Part shown: positions 24,437-33,738 of the stretch, piece by piece
Numbering within the stretch: position 1 is the first letter of the stretch
Layout: each line of letters starts with the position of its first letter
Assembly: GCA_963695555.1 (NCBI GenBank)
Contig: CAVOGR010000007.1
Coordinates: 416,001 to 480,000 of the forward strand
DNA from: an uncultured Gemmatimonadales bacterium
GTDB lineage: Bacteria > Gemmatimonadota > Gemmatimonadetes > Gemmatimonadales > GWC2-71-9
Length of the DNA: 64,000 nucleotides
Direction: 5' to 3'
Translations under genes and position numbers: made by a program
The notes under the pieces: generated by a model
The model's database searches: none
Seen by the model: the letters and a program-made list of their open reading frames with translations, nothing else
Told to the model about the DNA's origin: nothing

Positions 24437-25054
24437 ATGACGCCGACCAAACCGCCGCCATCGATGACCGAACCGGCCCTGGCACTCATCGACTTCAGCA
24501 GTATCGCCACCGGCATCGAGGCGGCGGATGCGATGATCAAACGCGCCGATATCCAGGTTATCAAGGCCGGCACCGTGCAGCCCGGCCGGTACCTGGTGCT
24601 GATCGGCGGGAGCGTCGCCGAGGTGGGCGAGTCGCTGGCTGCAGGGCGAGAAGTCGGCGGCGACGCGGTGGTCGATTTCATCTTCCTGCCGCACGTCCAT
24701 CCCGAGGTGGTGCACGCCATCGGCGGCGGCCGCGTGCCAGGAGCCAACGAGGCCCTTGGCGTCGTGGAAACGACGACGGTCCCGGCGGCCATCCACGCGG
24801 CGGACGCAGGCATCAAGGGCGCCGACGTCCACCTCGTCGAGGTGCGGCTGGCGGACGGCCTCGGCGGAAAGGGGGTCGTGCTCTACTCCGGGGTAGTGGG
24901 CGATGTCGAGGCGGCAGTGGAGATCGGAGTGAGCGTGCTCGAGCGTCCCGGGCTGGTGGTCCGGAAGGTGGTGATTCCGCAGCTCCATGCCGCGATGTGG
25001 GAGAACATGACCGATGCCACGCGCTTCAGCGCGCGGGTGCTGGAGCGATTGTGA
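24437..25054 (+). CDS. BMC shell tandem-domain protein (PduT-like BMC-T)
   Basis: SSIATGIEAADAMIK, PGRYLVLIGG, ALGVVET, AADAGIK, RLADGLGGKG. Confidence 0.9.
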   Translation: MTPTKPPPSMTEPALALIDFSSIATGIEAADAMIKRADIQVIKAGTVQPGRYLVLIGGSVAEVGESLAAGREVGGDAVVDFIFLPHVHPEVVHAIGGGRVPGANEALGVVETTTVPAAIHAADAGIKGADVHLVEVRLADGLGGKGVVLYSGVVGDVEAAVEIGVSVLERPGLVVRKVVIPQLHAAMWENMTDATRFSARVLERL

Positions 25055-25326
25055 AATTCGCGCGGGTAACGGGAACGGTCGTGGCGACCCGGAAGTACCG
25101 GGGGTTGGAAGGCATCAAACTCCTGGTGGTGCAGCCGCTGGATGCCGAGCTCCGACCCAAGGGCACGGCGCAGATCGCGGCGGATGCCACGGCCCAGGCC
25201 GGCCCGGGCCATCTGGTCTTCACTGTTGGAAGCCGCGAGGCGGCCCAGGCATTGCCGGAGGTGTTCGTGCCGGTCGACTTGGCGATCACCGGCATCGTGG
25301 ACCAGGTCCACATCGAGTCCGGCTGA
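25051..25326 (+). CDS. BMC vertex pentamer (EutN/CcmL family) 2
   Basis: GTG start overlapping previous stop; ARVTGTVVATRK, AGPG, SREAA, PVDLAITGIVD. Confidence 0.92.
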   Translation: MKFARVTGTVVATRKYRGLEGIKLLVVQPLDAELRPKGTAQIAADATAQAGPGHLVFTVGSREAAQALPEVFVPVDLAITGIVDQVHIESG

Positions 25327-25598
25327 TGTATATCGGACGCGTCGCGGGTTCGGTGGTCGCAACCATCAAGATCGCCCATCTGGAGGGACGGCGCCTGCTG
25401 TTGGTTCACCAACTCGATCCCGACGGCACCCCAACCGGCGATTATGACATTGCGGTCGACGTCGTTCGGGCCGGCCCGGGCGACAGGGTCTTGGTGCTCG
25501 ACGAAGGCACCGGCGCACGGCAGATTTTAGGGCTCGATCCCGGGGCAGTCCGCGCGGTCATTGTCGGCGTGGTCGACCAGGTGGCGCTCGGAGCTTAG
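25326..25598 (+). CDS. BMC vertex pentamer (EutN/CcmL family) 3
   Basis: GRVAGSVVATIK, AVDVVRAGPGDRVLVLDEGTGAR, IVGVVD. Confidence 0.92.
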   Translation: MYIGRVAGSVVATIKIAHLEGRRLLLVHQLDPDGTPTGDYDIAVDVVRAGPGDRVLVLDEGTGARQILGLDPGAVRAVIVGVVDQVALGA

Positions 25599-25661
25599 GC
25601 CAGACCACATCCGGATGGCGATGCCAGGCTAGCCGCTCATCCGCACCTTCCCCAACGTACC

Positions 25662-26423
25662 TCACTCCTCCAGATCGAACGTTACGGTCACCCGGGCGGT
25701 GACGGAAATCTGTCCAGGTGCTGTTGTGCCCTCGATCGCCCCACCGGTCGGCGGTGCGTTCTGAATGACGTTCTGGGCCATGGCCTGCCCGCCCCTGCTG
25801 CCCCACCATCCGCCGTACCACGACCACCACCCCGAGTGATCCTCCCGGATGAGGACAGGCTTGCCGACCTCCCGATCCAGCTCCCGGGCCATCAGTCGGG
25901 CCTTCTCTTGCGCGGCTCGAAGGGCCATCGCTCTCGCGGTATCACGATGGGTGCGCAACTTGGTGGTCCGAAACTGGATCCCGTGCACGTAGTTGGCCCC
26001 GGCCTCGAGCACGTTGGACAAGAGTGCTTCAAACGCGTCGATCTCGCGCATGGTGATCGCGGTATTCTTGCGAACCCAGTACCCGAGAAACACGCGCTGA
26101 CCGCGATCGTAGTCGTACCGCGGCTCGATGCCGATGAAATCAGTCCGAATGAGGTTCTTGGCCACTCCGAGGCCCTCCGCGGCCCTGATCACTCTCGCCA
26201 TGCGAGCGTCATTCTCAGTCTTTGCCGCCGTCAGGTCCAGGTCAGTGGTTTCCACGCCCAGCGTGAGCACCACCTCGTCGGGGACCACCCGCACCTCGGC
26301 ATCACCGGTCACCGTGATCCGGCTGTCTTGCTCCGTTTGCCCGTAGATGGCGGTCCATGGCAGAATGACGGTGAGCATGAGGGCCATGGTCGACGCCAGA
26401 GATCTTCGTGGCTCCACGTTCAT
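25662..26423 (-). CDS. SIMPL domain (DUF541) periplasmic protein
   Basis: Signal peptide, ITVTGDAEVRVVPD, AGAN, PGQISVTARVTVTF. Confidence 0.88.
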   Translation of the reverse strand: MNVEPRRSLASTMALMLTVILPWTAIYGQTEQDSRITVTGDAEVRVVPDEVVLTLGVETTDLDLTAAKTENDARMARVIRAAEGLGVAKNLIRTDFIGIEPRYDYDRGQRVFLGYWVRKNTAITMREIDAFEALLSNVLEAGANYVHGIQFRTTKLRTHRDTARAMALRAAQEKARLMARELDREVGKPVLIREDHSGWWSWYGGWWGSRGGQAMAQNVIQNAPPTGGAIEGTTAPGQISVTARVTVTFDLEE

Positions 26424-26460
26424 GAGTTCCTCTCCTGCGTGGTGGATTCCATCCCGACGG

Positions 26461-27234
26461 TCACCGTGCGGGAACGGCATGACGCACTAGTTCCACAAAT
26501 CCCGGGGTGAGGCTCGCCCCACCCACGAGTGCCCCATCGATGTCCGGCATGGCCATGAAGCCGCCGATGTTGTCGGCTGTGACGCTGCCGCCGTAGAGCA
26601 CCCGGACCGACGCCGCCGTTTCCTCGTCGAAGCGATCGGCGACTGCGCCACGAACCCCAAGCGCGATGGTACGATTGGCGCCGGCGGGTGTGGCCGACCG
26701 ACCGGTCCCGATGGCCCAAATCGGCTCGTAGGCGATCACCGTCTGCCGCACCTCGTCGGCCGCGAGACCCTCGAGCGCGGCCCGTACCTGGGCGCCAACA
26801 AAGTCATCGGTCTCCCCCGATTCATTCCGCGCCGCATCCTCACCGACACAGATGATGGGAGTCAATTCATGGATCAGCGCCGCCCGAACTTTCCGGTTGA
26901 CCGCCGCGTCGTTCTCCAGGGTGCCGCTGCTCGCCCGCCGCTCGGAGTGGCCCGCGATCACATAGCGGCACAATCCAGTGAGCATTGCGGGAGACACCTC
27001 GCCGGTGTGGGCGCCGCGGTTCTCCCAGTGCATGGTCTGGGCGCCGAGCGCGATTGATGTGGGGCGGAGGACCTCGGCCATCGAGGCCAGCACGGTAAAC
27101 GGAGGGCACAGGACCAGGTCGATCCCATCAATACGGCTCAAACCCGGTCGCAGACGCCGCACCAAGGCCAGGGCTTCCTCCACCTGCCCGAGGTGCATCT
27201 TCCAATTGGCGGCGATCAGGGGCCGGCGTCTCAT
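26461..27234 (-). CDS. tpiA: Triosephosphate isomerase
   Basis: ANWKM, GAHTGEVS, GHSERR, AYEPIWAIGTG, YGGSV, GALVGGAS. Confidence 0.96.
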   Translation of the reverse strand: MRRRPLIAANWKMHLGQVEEALALVRRLRPGLSRIDGIDLVLCPPFTVLASMAEVLRPTSIALGAQTMHWENRGAHTGEVSPAMLTGLCRYVIAGHSERRASSGTLENDAAVNRKVRAALIHELTPIICVGEDAARNESGETDDFVGAQVRAALEGLAADEVRQTVIAYEPIWAIGTGRSATPAGANRTIALGVRGAVADRFDEETAASVRVLYGGSVTADNIGGFMAMPDIDGALVGGASLTPGFVELVRHAVPAR

Positions 27235-27251
27235 GGCAACGAGGGCACGGT

Positions 27252-28001
27252 TCACCAGCGCCGAACGGCGGGAACTTTGTGGGTATGCTGGGCGACGAGG
27301 GCGGGATTACTGAACAGCCGGATCAAGAGCGCGCCCGCGACGAACCCTCCGATGTGGGCCCAGAACGCCACCCCGCCGCCCTCTCCGGCAAGCGAAGGAA
27401 TCCCCCCGATCAACTGGATCAAGAACCAGAAGCCCAACATGAAGTAGGCGGGAACCGCGATGGTGGTGATAAAGAACCCGAGGAAGATCAGCATATGCAC
27501 CCGCACCTTGGGGTAGAGCACGATGTAGGCGCCCATCACGCCCCCGATCGCTCCTGAGGCCCCAAGCATGGGAATCGCACTCGACGGGCTGGTGGCCACC
27601 TGGAGCGCGGCCGCGGCAAGGCCGCACAGGACGTAGAAGACAACGAAGCGGATGTGGCCCATGGAGTCTTCGACGTTGTTTCCGAACACCCAGAGAAACC
27701 ACATGTTCCCGATGATATGAAACCAGCCGCCGTGCAGGAACATGGAGCTGAGCGGGGTGAACCAGGTCTGGCTGCCACCGAGCACGCAGACCGCCCGCCG
27801 GGTAAGTCGCACCTGGGTGCCGGGATCGACCCGCCCCAGGAGTTCTCCGGGAATCAAGGCCAGCTCGCACACTGATCGGGACATGTTGGGCTCACTGCCC
27901 AGGCCTTGAACGAAGACCCAGATCAGCACATTCACCCCGATGATCCCGAAGGTGACCAGCGGCGTCAGAATGGTGGGGTTCTCGTCTTTGTACGGGAACA
28001 T
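27252..28001 (-). CDS. Rhomboid family intramembrane serine protease
   Basis: SMFLHGGWFHIIGNM, GASGA catalytic Ser, AHIGGF catalytic His. Confidence 0.94.
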   Translation of the reverse strand: MFPYKDENPTILTPLVTFGIIGVNVLIWVFVQGLGSEPNMSRSVCELALIPGELLGRVDPGTQVRLTRRAVCVLGGSQTWFTPLSSMFLHGGWFHIIGNMWFLWVFGNNVEDSMGHIRFVVFYVLCGLAAAALQVATSPSSAIPMLGASGAIGGVMGAYIVLYPKVRVHMLIFLGFFITTIAVPAYFMLGFWFLIQLIGGIPSLAGEGGGVAFWAHIGGFVAGALLIRLFSNPALVAQHTHKVPAVRRW

Positions 28002-28051
28002 GGACCCAATATAGACGCCAACCCCCTGAACCAAATGGACTGGCTCGTGTG

Positions 28052-28089
28052 CTGCCAAAAAGGCAGGAAAACCCGGTATAGCGCTTGCT
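28052..28089 (+). promoter_or_regulatory. Palindrome plus sigma54-like -24/-12 element upstream of dnaK
   Basis: CTGCC-N5-GGCAG (28052-28066) then cc-GG-tatagcgctt-GC-t with GG-N10-GC spacing. Confidence 0.45.
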
Positions 28090-28192
28090 TCCTACTAGAT
28101 CGAGCCTGAGCCTGCTCGGACGGGCACGGCGGCATGACTTTACGTATCTACTTGATTGACAATACTTTATCGACTGGGCACAAGGAGACGGC

Positions 28193-30115
28193 ATGGCAGC
28201 GAGCAAGATCATCGGGATCGACCTGGGGACCACCAACTCGGTCGTGGCAGTCATGGAGGGTGGAGATCCGGTCGTGATTCCGAACGCCGAGGGCGGACGC
28301 ACAACTCCGTCGGTGGTGGCCTTCACCAAGGACGGCGAGCGCCTGGTCGGCCAGGTGGCGAAGCGCCAGGCCGTCACGAACCCCAAGCAGACGGTGTTTT
28401 CCATCAAGCGGTTCATGGGCCGCCGGATGGATGAAATTACCGAGGAGAAGAAGCTGGTTCCGTACGGCGTCATCGAGGGGAAGAGCGGCCTCGCGACGGT
28501 CGAGATCCAGGGCAAGAAGTACTCGCCGCCCGAGATCTCCGCGATGATCCTGCAGAAGATGAAGCAGACCGCCGAAGATTATTTGGGAACCACGGTGACC
28601 GAAGCCGTCATCACGGTGCCTGCCTATTTCAACGATTCCCAGCGCCAGGCAACCAAGGACGCCGGCAAGATCGCCGGCCTCGACGTCAAGCGGATCATCA
28701 ACGAGCCGACGGCGGCTGCGCTGGCGTATGGACTCGACAAGAAGAAAGACGAAACGATCGCGGTCTTCGATCTGGGCGGCGGCACCTACGACATCTCGAT
28801 TCTCGAGCTGGCCGAAGGGGTTTTCGAGGTCAAGAGCACCAACGGTGATACCCACCTCGGCGGCGACGACTTCGATCAGCGGGTCATCAACTGGATGGTG
28901 GCCGAGTTCAAGAAGGATCAAGGAATCGATCTTTCCAAGGACCCCATGGCGCTCCAGCGGCTCAAAGAAGCGGCTGAGAAGGCCAAGATGGAGCTCTCCA
29001 GCACCCAACAGACGGACATCAACCTACCGTTCATCACCGCCGACCAGTCGGGGCCGAAGCACCTGAACTACTCCTTGACCCGAGCCAAGTTCGAGCAGCT
29101 GGTGGACGATCTCATTCAGCGGACCATTCCGCCCATGGAAAAGGCACTCGCGGACGCGGGACTCAAGCCGGGCGGGGTTGATGAGGTCATCCTGGTCGGC
29201 GGCTCGACCCGGATTCCGAAGATCCAGGACATTGTGAAGACCTTCTTCCAAAAAGAGCCCAATCGTTCGGTCAATCCGGACGAGGTGGTCGGCATCGGCG
29301 CGGCCATTCAGGGCGGTGTGCTGGGCGGAGAGGTCAAGGACGTGTTGCTGCTCGATGTGACCCCGCTCTCACTCGGTATCGAGACGCTGGGCGGCGTGAG
29401 CACGGTCCTGATCCCACGGAACACGACGATTCCGACCAAGAAGTCGGAGGTGTTCTCGACCGCCGAGGACAATCAGACGACGGTCGAGATCCACGTGCTG
29501 CAGGGCGAGCGCCAGATGGCCACCGACAACCGGACCATCGGGAAGTTCCAGCTCACCGGCATCCCGCCGGCGCCCCGAGGCCTGCCACAGATCGAGGTCA
29601 CGTTCGACATCGACGCCAACGGTATCCTCCACGTCTCGGCCAAGGACAAGGCCACCAACAAGGAGCAGAAGATCCGGATCGAGGCGTCGAGCGGCCTAAA
29701 CGACAGCGAAATCGAGAAGATGGTCGAGGACGCGGAAGCGCACGCGGCCGACGACAAGTCCCGCCGGGACTCGATCGAGGCGCGAAACCAGCTCGACGGC
29801 CTGGTCTACAAGGTCGAGAAGGACAGCAAGGAGTGGATCGATCGGCTGTCCGAGGACGCCAAGTCGCAGCTGGACGCGGCGGTGGAGGCCGGGAAACAGG
29901 CTCTAAAGACCGGCGACACCGATGCCATCAAGCAGGCCCTCGAGGGACTGAACACGGCCTACTCGGCGGCTGGAGCCTCGCTCTATCAGGCCCAGGCCGG
30001 CGCCCAGGAAGAACCGGCGGCAGAGGCGGCATCCGGTGGCGGCGAGGCCGAGAAGCCGGCCGACGAGGACGTGGTCGAGGCGGACTACGAGATCGTTGAC
30101 GACACCAAGAAGTAA
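28193..30115 (+). CDS. dnaK: Chaperone DnaK (Hsp70)
   Basis: [39 protein letters not shown]. Confidence 0.99.
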   Translation: MAASKIIGIDLGTTNSVVAVMEGGDPVVIPNAEGGRTTPSVVAFTKDGERLVGQVAKRQAVTNPKQTVFSIKRFMGRRMDEITEEKKLVPYGVIEGKSGLATVEIQGKKYSPPEISAMILQKMKQTAEDYLGTTVTEAVITVPAYFNDSQRQATKDAGKIAGLDVKRIINEPTAAALAYGLDKKKDETIAVFDLGGGTYDISILELAEGVFEVKSTNGDTHLGGDDFDQRVINWMVAEFKKDQGIDLSKDPMALQRLKEAAEKAKMELSSTQQTDINLPFITADQSGPKHLNYSLTRAKFEQLVDDLIQRTIPPMEKALADAGLKPGGVDEVILVGGSTRIPKIQDIVKTFFQKEPNRSVNPDEVVGIGAAIQGGVLGGEVKDVLLLDVTPLSLGIETLGGVSTVLIPRNTTIPTKKSEVFSTAEDNQTTVEIHVLQGERQMATDNRTIGKFQLTGIPPAPRGLPQIEVTFDIDANGILHVSAKDKATNKEQKIRIEASSGLNDSEIEKMVEDAEAHAADDKSRRDSIEARNQLDGLVYKVEKDSKEWIDRLSEDAKSQLDAAVEAGKQALKTGDTDAIKQALEGLNTAYSAAGASLYQAQAGAQEEPAAEAASGGGEAEKPADEDVVEADYEIVDDTKK

Positions 30116-30131
30116 CACGCGAGGTTGGCTC

Positions 30132-30171
30132 GAAGCCGGGGGGCGGGGCCAGTGCCCCGCCCCCCGGCTTC
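30132..30171 (+). terminator. Strong GC hairpin after dnaK
   Basis: gaagccggggggcggggc-cagt-gccccgccccccggcttc. Confidence 0.7.
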
Positions 30172-30287
30172 TCCGCCACCCGCGACCAAAACCAACGGTC
30201 GCGAATCTGCGTTAGATTAGAAGGGTCTTGATGCCGGACTGACACCCCGCCGGCGTCACAACACAATACCAACTCAGGTGCAATCCT

Positions 30288-31847
30288 ATGTCGGTGCGTT
30301 CAATGAATTGGCTCAAGTTCGGCGGTCTAACGGCCCTGGCATTCGGCCTGGGTCTGCTGCTTGCCGGAATATTGGATCTTCCCTCATCGTCCCAAGCCCA
30401 GCAGAGCGCCTCACGGCGGGCCCGGATCACGGAGGTCTCGGCCCCCTCGTTTCAGGCCAGTGACCAGCTGACCACCCTGAGCGATGCCTTTGCCTCGGTG
30501 GCGGAGGCGGTCAAGCCGGCCGTGGTGTTGGTGCGCTCGCAGCGGGCGGCGCGAGCCACTACCCGCAACGTTCCGCCGGGCTTCGAGTGGTTCTTCCGCA
30601 GTCCGCGGCCGGAGGAGCCGGGCATCGAAGAGGGCCGTGGCTCGGGCTTCGTCGTCTCGAAGGACGGCTACATCCTGACCAACCACCATGTGATCGACGG
30701 CGCCGAGAAGGTCACGGTTCGCCTGGCGGACCGCCGCGAGTTCGAAGCCGAGATCGTGGGGAGCGATCCCAATACCGACGTGGCGCTCATCAAGATCAAG
30801 GCGAACGATCTCACCCCCGCCGCCCTCGGCGATAGCGACGCCGCCCGGGTCGGTGAATGGGTTCTCGCCATCGGCAATCCGCTTGGCGAGACGCTCACCT
30901 TCACGGTGACCAGCGGGATCGTGAGTGCCAAGGGCCGTGGCCGGCTCAACCTTCCCAACGCCGGGAACTACGGCATTCAGGACTTCATCCAGACCGATGC
31001 GGCCATCAATCCCGGCAATTCCGGCGGGCCCCTCATGAACACCCGTGGCGAGGTCATCGGCATCAACAGCGCCATCGCCAGTGAGACCGGATTCAACGCC
31101 GGCTACGGCTTTGCGATTCCGATCAACCTGGTCCGCAACGTCATGGAGCAGCTGATCACCAGCGGCCATGTGAGCCGCGCCGCGCTCCAGGTTTCGATCA
31201 ACGAGGTGAGTCCGGCCGATGCGGCCTACGTTGGGCTCGACGAGATTCGCGGCGTCAAGATCGAGGCGTTCTCCAGCCCCGACTCGCCGGCCAAGAAGGC
31301 CGGGCTCAAGCCGGGAGACGTCATTCTGTCGATCGACGGCAAACAGGTGGACTACGTCGGTCAGCTCCAACAGGAGATTGGCTTCCGGAAGCCGGGAGAG
31401 GTCGTGACGGTCGAAGTGGCCCGGAAGGCGGGCGAACGCAAGACCTACCGCATCAAGCTCGCCAGCCTCGACGAGGACCAGCAGGTGGCGGCGGCGGACC
31501 GAGAGGGCAATCGACAGGACGACACCGCCGAGGCCGGCGTCGCGATGGAGAAGCTCGGCATCAAGGTCGAGGCAATCAGCAGTGAGGACGCCCAACGCCT
31601 GAACCTGTCCGAGCCCGACCGCGGGCTCCTCGTAACCGGCGTGACTCCCGGAGGGCCTGCCTGGCGCTTACTCGGCCCGAATGGTGACATCATCGTGTCG
31701 GTCGAGGACAAGCCGGTGCGAACCGAGCGCGAATTGCGCAATGCCCTCGCCGAGCCGGGCCCCGGTGGAGTGGTAACGCTCGGTGTCGTCCGCGCAGCCG
31801 AGAACGGCATCAATCGGCGGGTGGTACGGATCAAACTGGCTGACTAG
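30288..31847 (+). CDS. degP: Do/DegP/HtrA family serine protease with two PDZ domains
   Basis: GSGF, LTNHHV, DVAL, IQTDAAINPGNSGGPL. Confidence 0.93.
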   Translation: MSVRSMNWLKFGGLTALAFGLGLLLAGILDLPSSSQAQQSASRRARITEVSAPSFQASDQLTTLSDAFASVAEAVKPAVVLVRSQRAARATTRNVPPGFEWFFRSPRPEEPGIEEGRGSGFVVSKDGYILTNHHVIDGAEKVTVRLADRREFEAEIVGSDPNTDVALIKIKANDLTPAALGDSDAARVGEWVLAIGNPLGETLTFTVTSGIVSAKGRGRLNLPNAGNYGIQDFIQTDAAINPGNSGGPLMNTRGEVIGINSAIASETGFNAGYGFAIPINLVRNVMEQLITSGHVSRAALQVSINEVSPADAAYVGLDEIRGVKIEAFSSPDSPAKKAGLKPGDVILSIDGKQVDYVGQLQQEIGFRKPGEVVTVEVARKAGERKTYRIKLASLDEDQQVAAADREGNRQDDTAEAGVAMEKLGIKVEAISSEDAQRLNLSEPDRGLLVTGVTPGGPAWRLLGPNGDIIVSVEDKPVRTERELRNALAEPGPGGVVTLGVVRAAENGINRRVVRIKLAD

Positions 31848-31872
31848 CCACGCCGACCCATCCATGCAGGTA

Positions 31873-31904
31873 AGAACGGGCGAGCCCACCGGCTCGCCCG
31901 TTCT
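31873..31904 (+). terminator. Hairpin after degP
   Basis: agaacgggcgagcc-cacc-ggctcgcccgttct. Confidence 0.7.
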
Positions 31905-31946
31905 GCGTTCCAGTGTATTATTGGCACCGATGACAGGCTCCTCCCA

Positions 31947-32909
31947 ATGACAATCCTCGCCATCTTCCTGGTCATTCTGGGCATCGTGCTGCTCACGACG
32001 GGCGGCGAGCTCCTGGTGCGTGGTGCGGTGACCGTTGCACGGCGCCTCAACGTGAGCCCGGCGTTGATCGGCCTCACTATCGTCGCCATGGGAACCTCGC
32101 TGCCCGAGCTGGCCGCGAGCCTGGCCGCGGCACTCCGCATGCATCCCGACCTGGCCATCGGCAACGTGGTGGGCAGCAACATCATCAACGTCGCCGGCAT
32201 CGCCGCAATAGCGGCACTCCTGCAGCCACTTCCGGTCTATCCCAAAGCACTCCGGCTAGAGTGGCCGTTCATGTTTCTGGCGAGTTGGGTCGGCTTTCTC
32301 CTGGCACGCGATGGAACGATCGACCGGCTCGAGGGCGGGTTCCTGCTCCTCTCCCTGGTGCTCTTCACCTTCTACATCGCGCGACTCGCGCACACCGAAT
32401 CGACCGAGGCCCCGCCCCTTGCCCAGGCCCTGACCGAGGAGGCGCTGGGTAAGGAAGCCAAGGCGGGCGGCATCTGGCTGCAAGTGGCGTTCATCGTGGT
32501 CGGCATCGTGGTGCTCACCGTGGGCGGACGGGTCCTGGTGACCGGTGCGGTCGACCTGGCAACCCTGGCCGGCGTGAGCGAACGGATCATCGGGTTGACG
32601 GTCGTGGCCGTCGGCACGAGCCTCCCCGAGTTGGCCGCCGCCATGGTGGCCGCGCGCCGGGGTCACGCCGAGATGGCGCTCGCCAACGTGATCGGATCGA
32701 ACATCTTCAACATCCTCGGCGTCCTCGGTACCGTCGCGTTGGTACACCCCATTCCGGTCACCGCGGCCATCCTGCGTTCCGACATGTGGTGGATGCTCGG
32801 CTTCTCCCTCCTGTTGTTTCCCTTGATGCAACGGCGGCACAAAGTGGCGAAGACGGAAGGAGTCCTGCTGCTGGTGGCCTACGTGGTGTATCTGGTGAGT
32901 CTGAGGTAG
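31947..32909 (+). CDS. Calcium/sodium antiporter (CaCA, YrbG-like)
   Basis: Two alpha repeats GTSLPE with GNVVGSN / ANVIGSNIFN. Confidence 0.93.
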   Translation: MTILAIFLVILGIVLLTTGGELLVRGAVTVARRLNVSPALIGLTIVAMGTSLPELAASLAAALRMHPDLAIGNVVGSNIINVAGIAAIAALLQPLPVYPKALRLEWPFMFLASWVGFLLARDGTIDRLEGGFLLLSLVLFTFYIARLAHTESTEAPPLAQALTEEALGKEAKAGGIWLQVAFIVVGIVVLTVGGRVLVTGAVDLATLAGVSERIIGLTVVAVGTSLPELAAAMVAARRGHAEMALANVIGSNIFNILGVLGTVALVHPIPVTAAILRSDMWWMLGFSLLLFPLMQRRHKVAKTEGVLLLVAYVVYLVSLR

Positions 32910-33000
32910 GGAGTAGGGAGTCGGGAGCAGGGAGTCGGGAATAGGGTGTGGGAGGGAGTTGGACCGGAACACCTCCTCACTCCTTACTCCTCACTCCTCA
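32906..33000. repeat. G-rich heptamer tandem repeat (GGGAGTA-like) followed by C-rich heptamers (CTCCTCA)
   Basis: gtaggga gtaggga gtcggga gcaggga gtcggga ... ctcctca ctcctta ctcctca ctcctca. Confidence 0.85.
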
Positions 33001-33012
33001 TTCAATTGCCGC

Positions 33013-33738
33013 TCACCCGCTCGTGCCTATACCAAGCCGGTCCCGGATTACTGCCTCGATCTGAGGCGCGAACCTCGGATCAAGGGCGTGCACGGTGATC
33101 TCGAGGACGTAGCTCTGCTCAGTCTCGGTCAGGAGCTGGACGTCCGTCAGACGAGTGGTCGAGGCCCACGGCGAGACCAGCGCGGCGGCCGGGATGTCCT
33201 CCAGGACGCGCTCGATGGGGCGGGTTCGCGGAACGTTGAGCGTAAAGGTGAAGGCTCTGACCGCGGCCCCGGTCTCGCCCAACCGGATGGGCTCGCGCGC
33301 CAGGGTGCGCCAGGGCAGGCGGACCGTGGACCCGTCGTCGGTCTCGACGGCAATTGAACGGTAGCCGAGTTGCGAGATCCGACCGCCAACGCCCGCCGCA
33401 GCAAACCGCCGGCCGCGGTCGACATCACCCTCCATGCGCAGCAGACCACCCGCCACGAAGTCTTCCAGCGCGGATCGTGCCGTCCACGCGATCGCGAGGA
33501 AGAGCAGCCCCCACGTGATGCTGGCCCACCCGGTCTGGCCGTCGATCATGCGCGAGAGAATCCAGCCTGCCGCGATCGCCGCCACGAACAGCTCGAGCGG
33601 CGGCACGACCCACCGGTTCACCACCCGGCGCGCCCGGCGCGACGGCAGATAGGGCACCACCCGGCGCAGCACGAGGGCCGCCGCCGCCAGGATCAGGATG
33701 AACGCGAGCCACCGCGTGGCGGAGAGGAGCGAGATCAT
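33013..33738 (-). CDS. MscS-like (small mechanosensitive channel domain) membrane protein
   Basis: Three TM helices, then ALEDFVAG and GRISQLGYRSIAVETDDGSTVRLPW resembling the MscS beta domain. Confidence 0.7.
   Translation of the reverse strand: MISLLSATRWLAFILILAAAALVLRRVVPYLPSRRARRVVNRWVVPPLELFVAAIAAGWILSRMIDGQTGWASITWGLLFLAIAWTARSALEDFVAGGLLRMEGDVDRGRRFAAAGVGGRISQLGYRSIAVETDDGSTVRLPWRTLAREPIRLGETGAAVRAFTFTLNVPRTRPIERVLEDIPAAALVSPWASTTRLTDVQLLTETEQSYVLEITVHALDPRFAPQIEAVIRDRLGIGTSG

Noticed and set aside
21547..25598. Carboxysome, Eut or Pdu assignment for the BMC locus
   Set aside because: No RuBisCO, ethanolamine ammonia-lyase, diol dehydratase or glycyl-radical enzyme in the window
28002..28192. 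CIRCE (HrcA) operator upstream of dnaK
   Set aside because: No TTAGCACTC-N9-GAGTGCTAA match found
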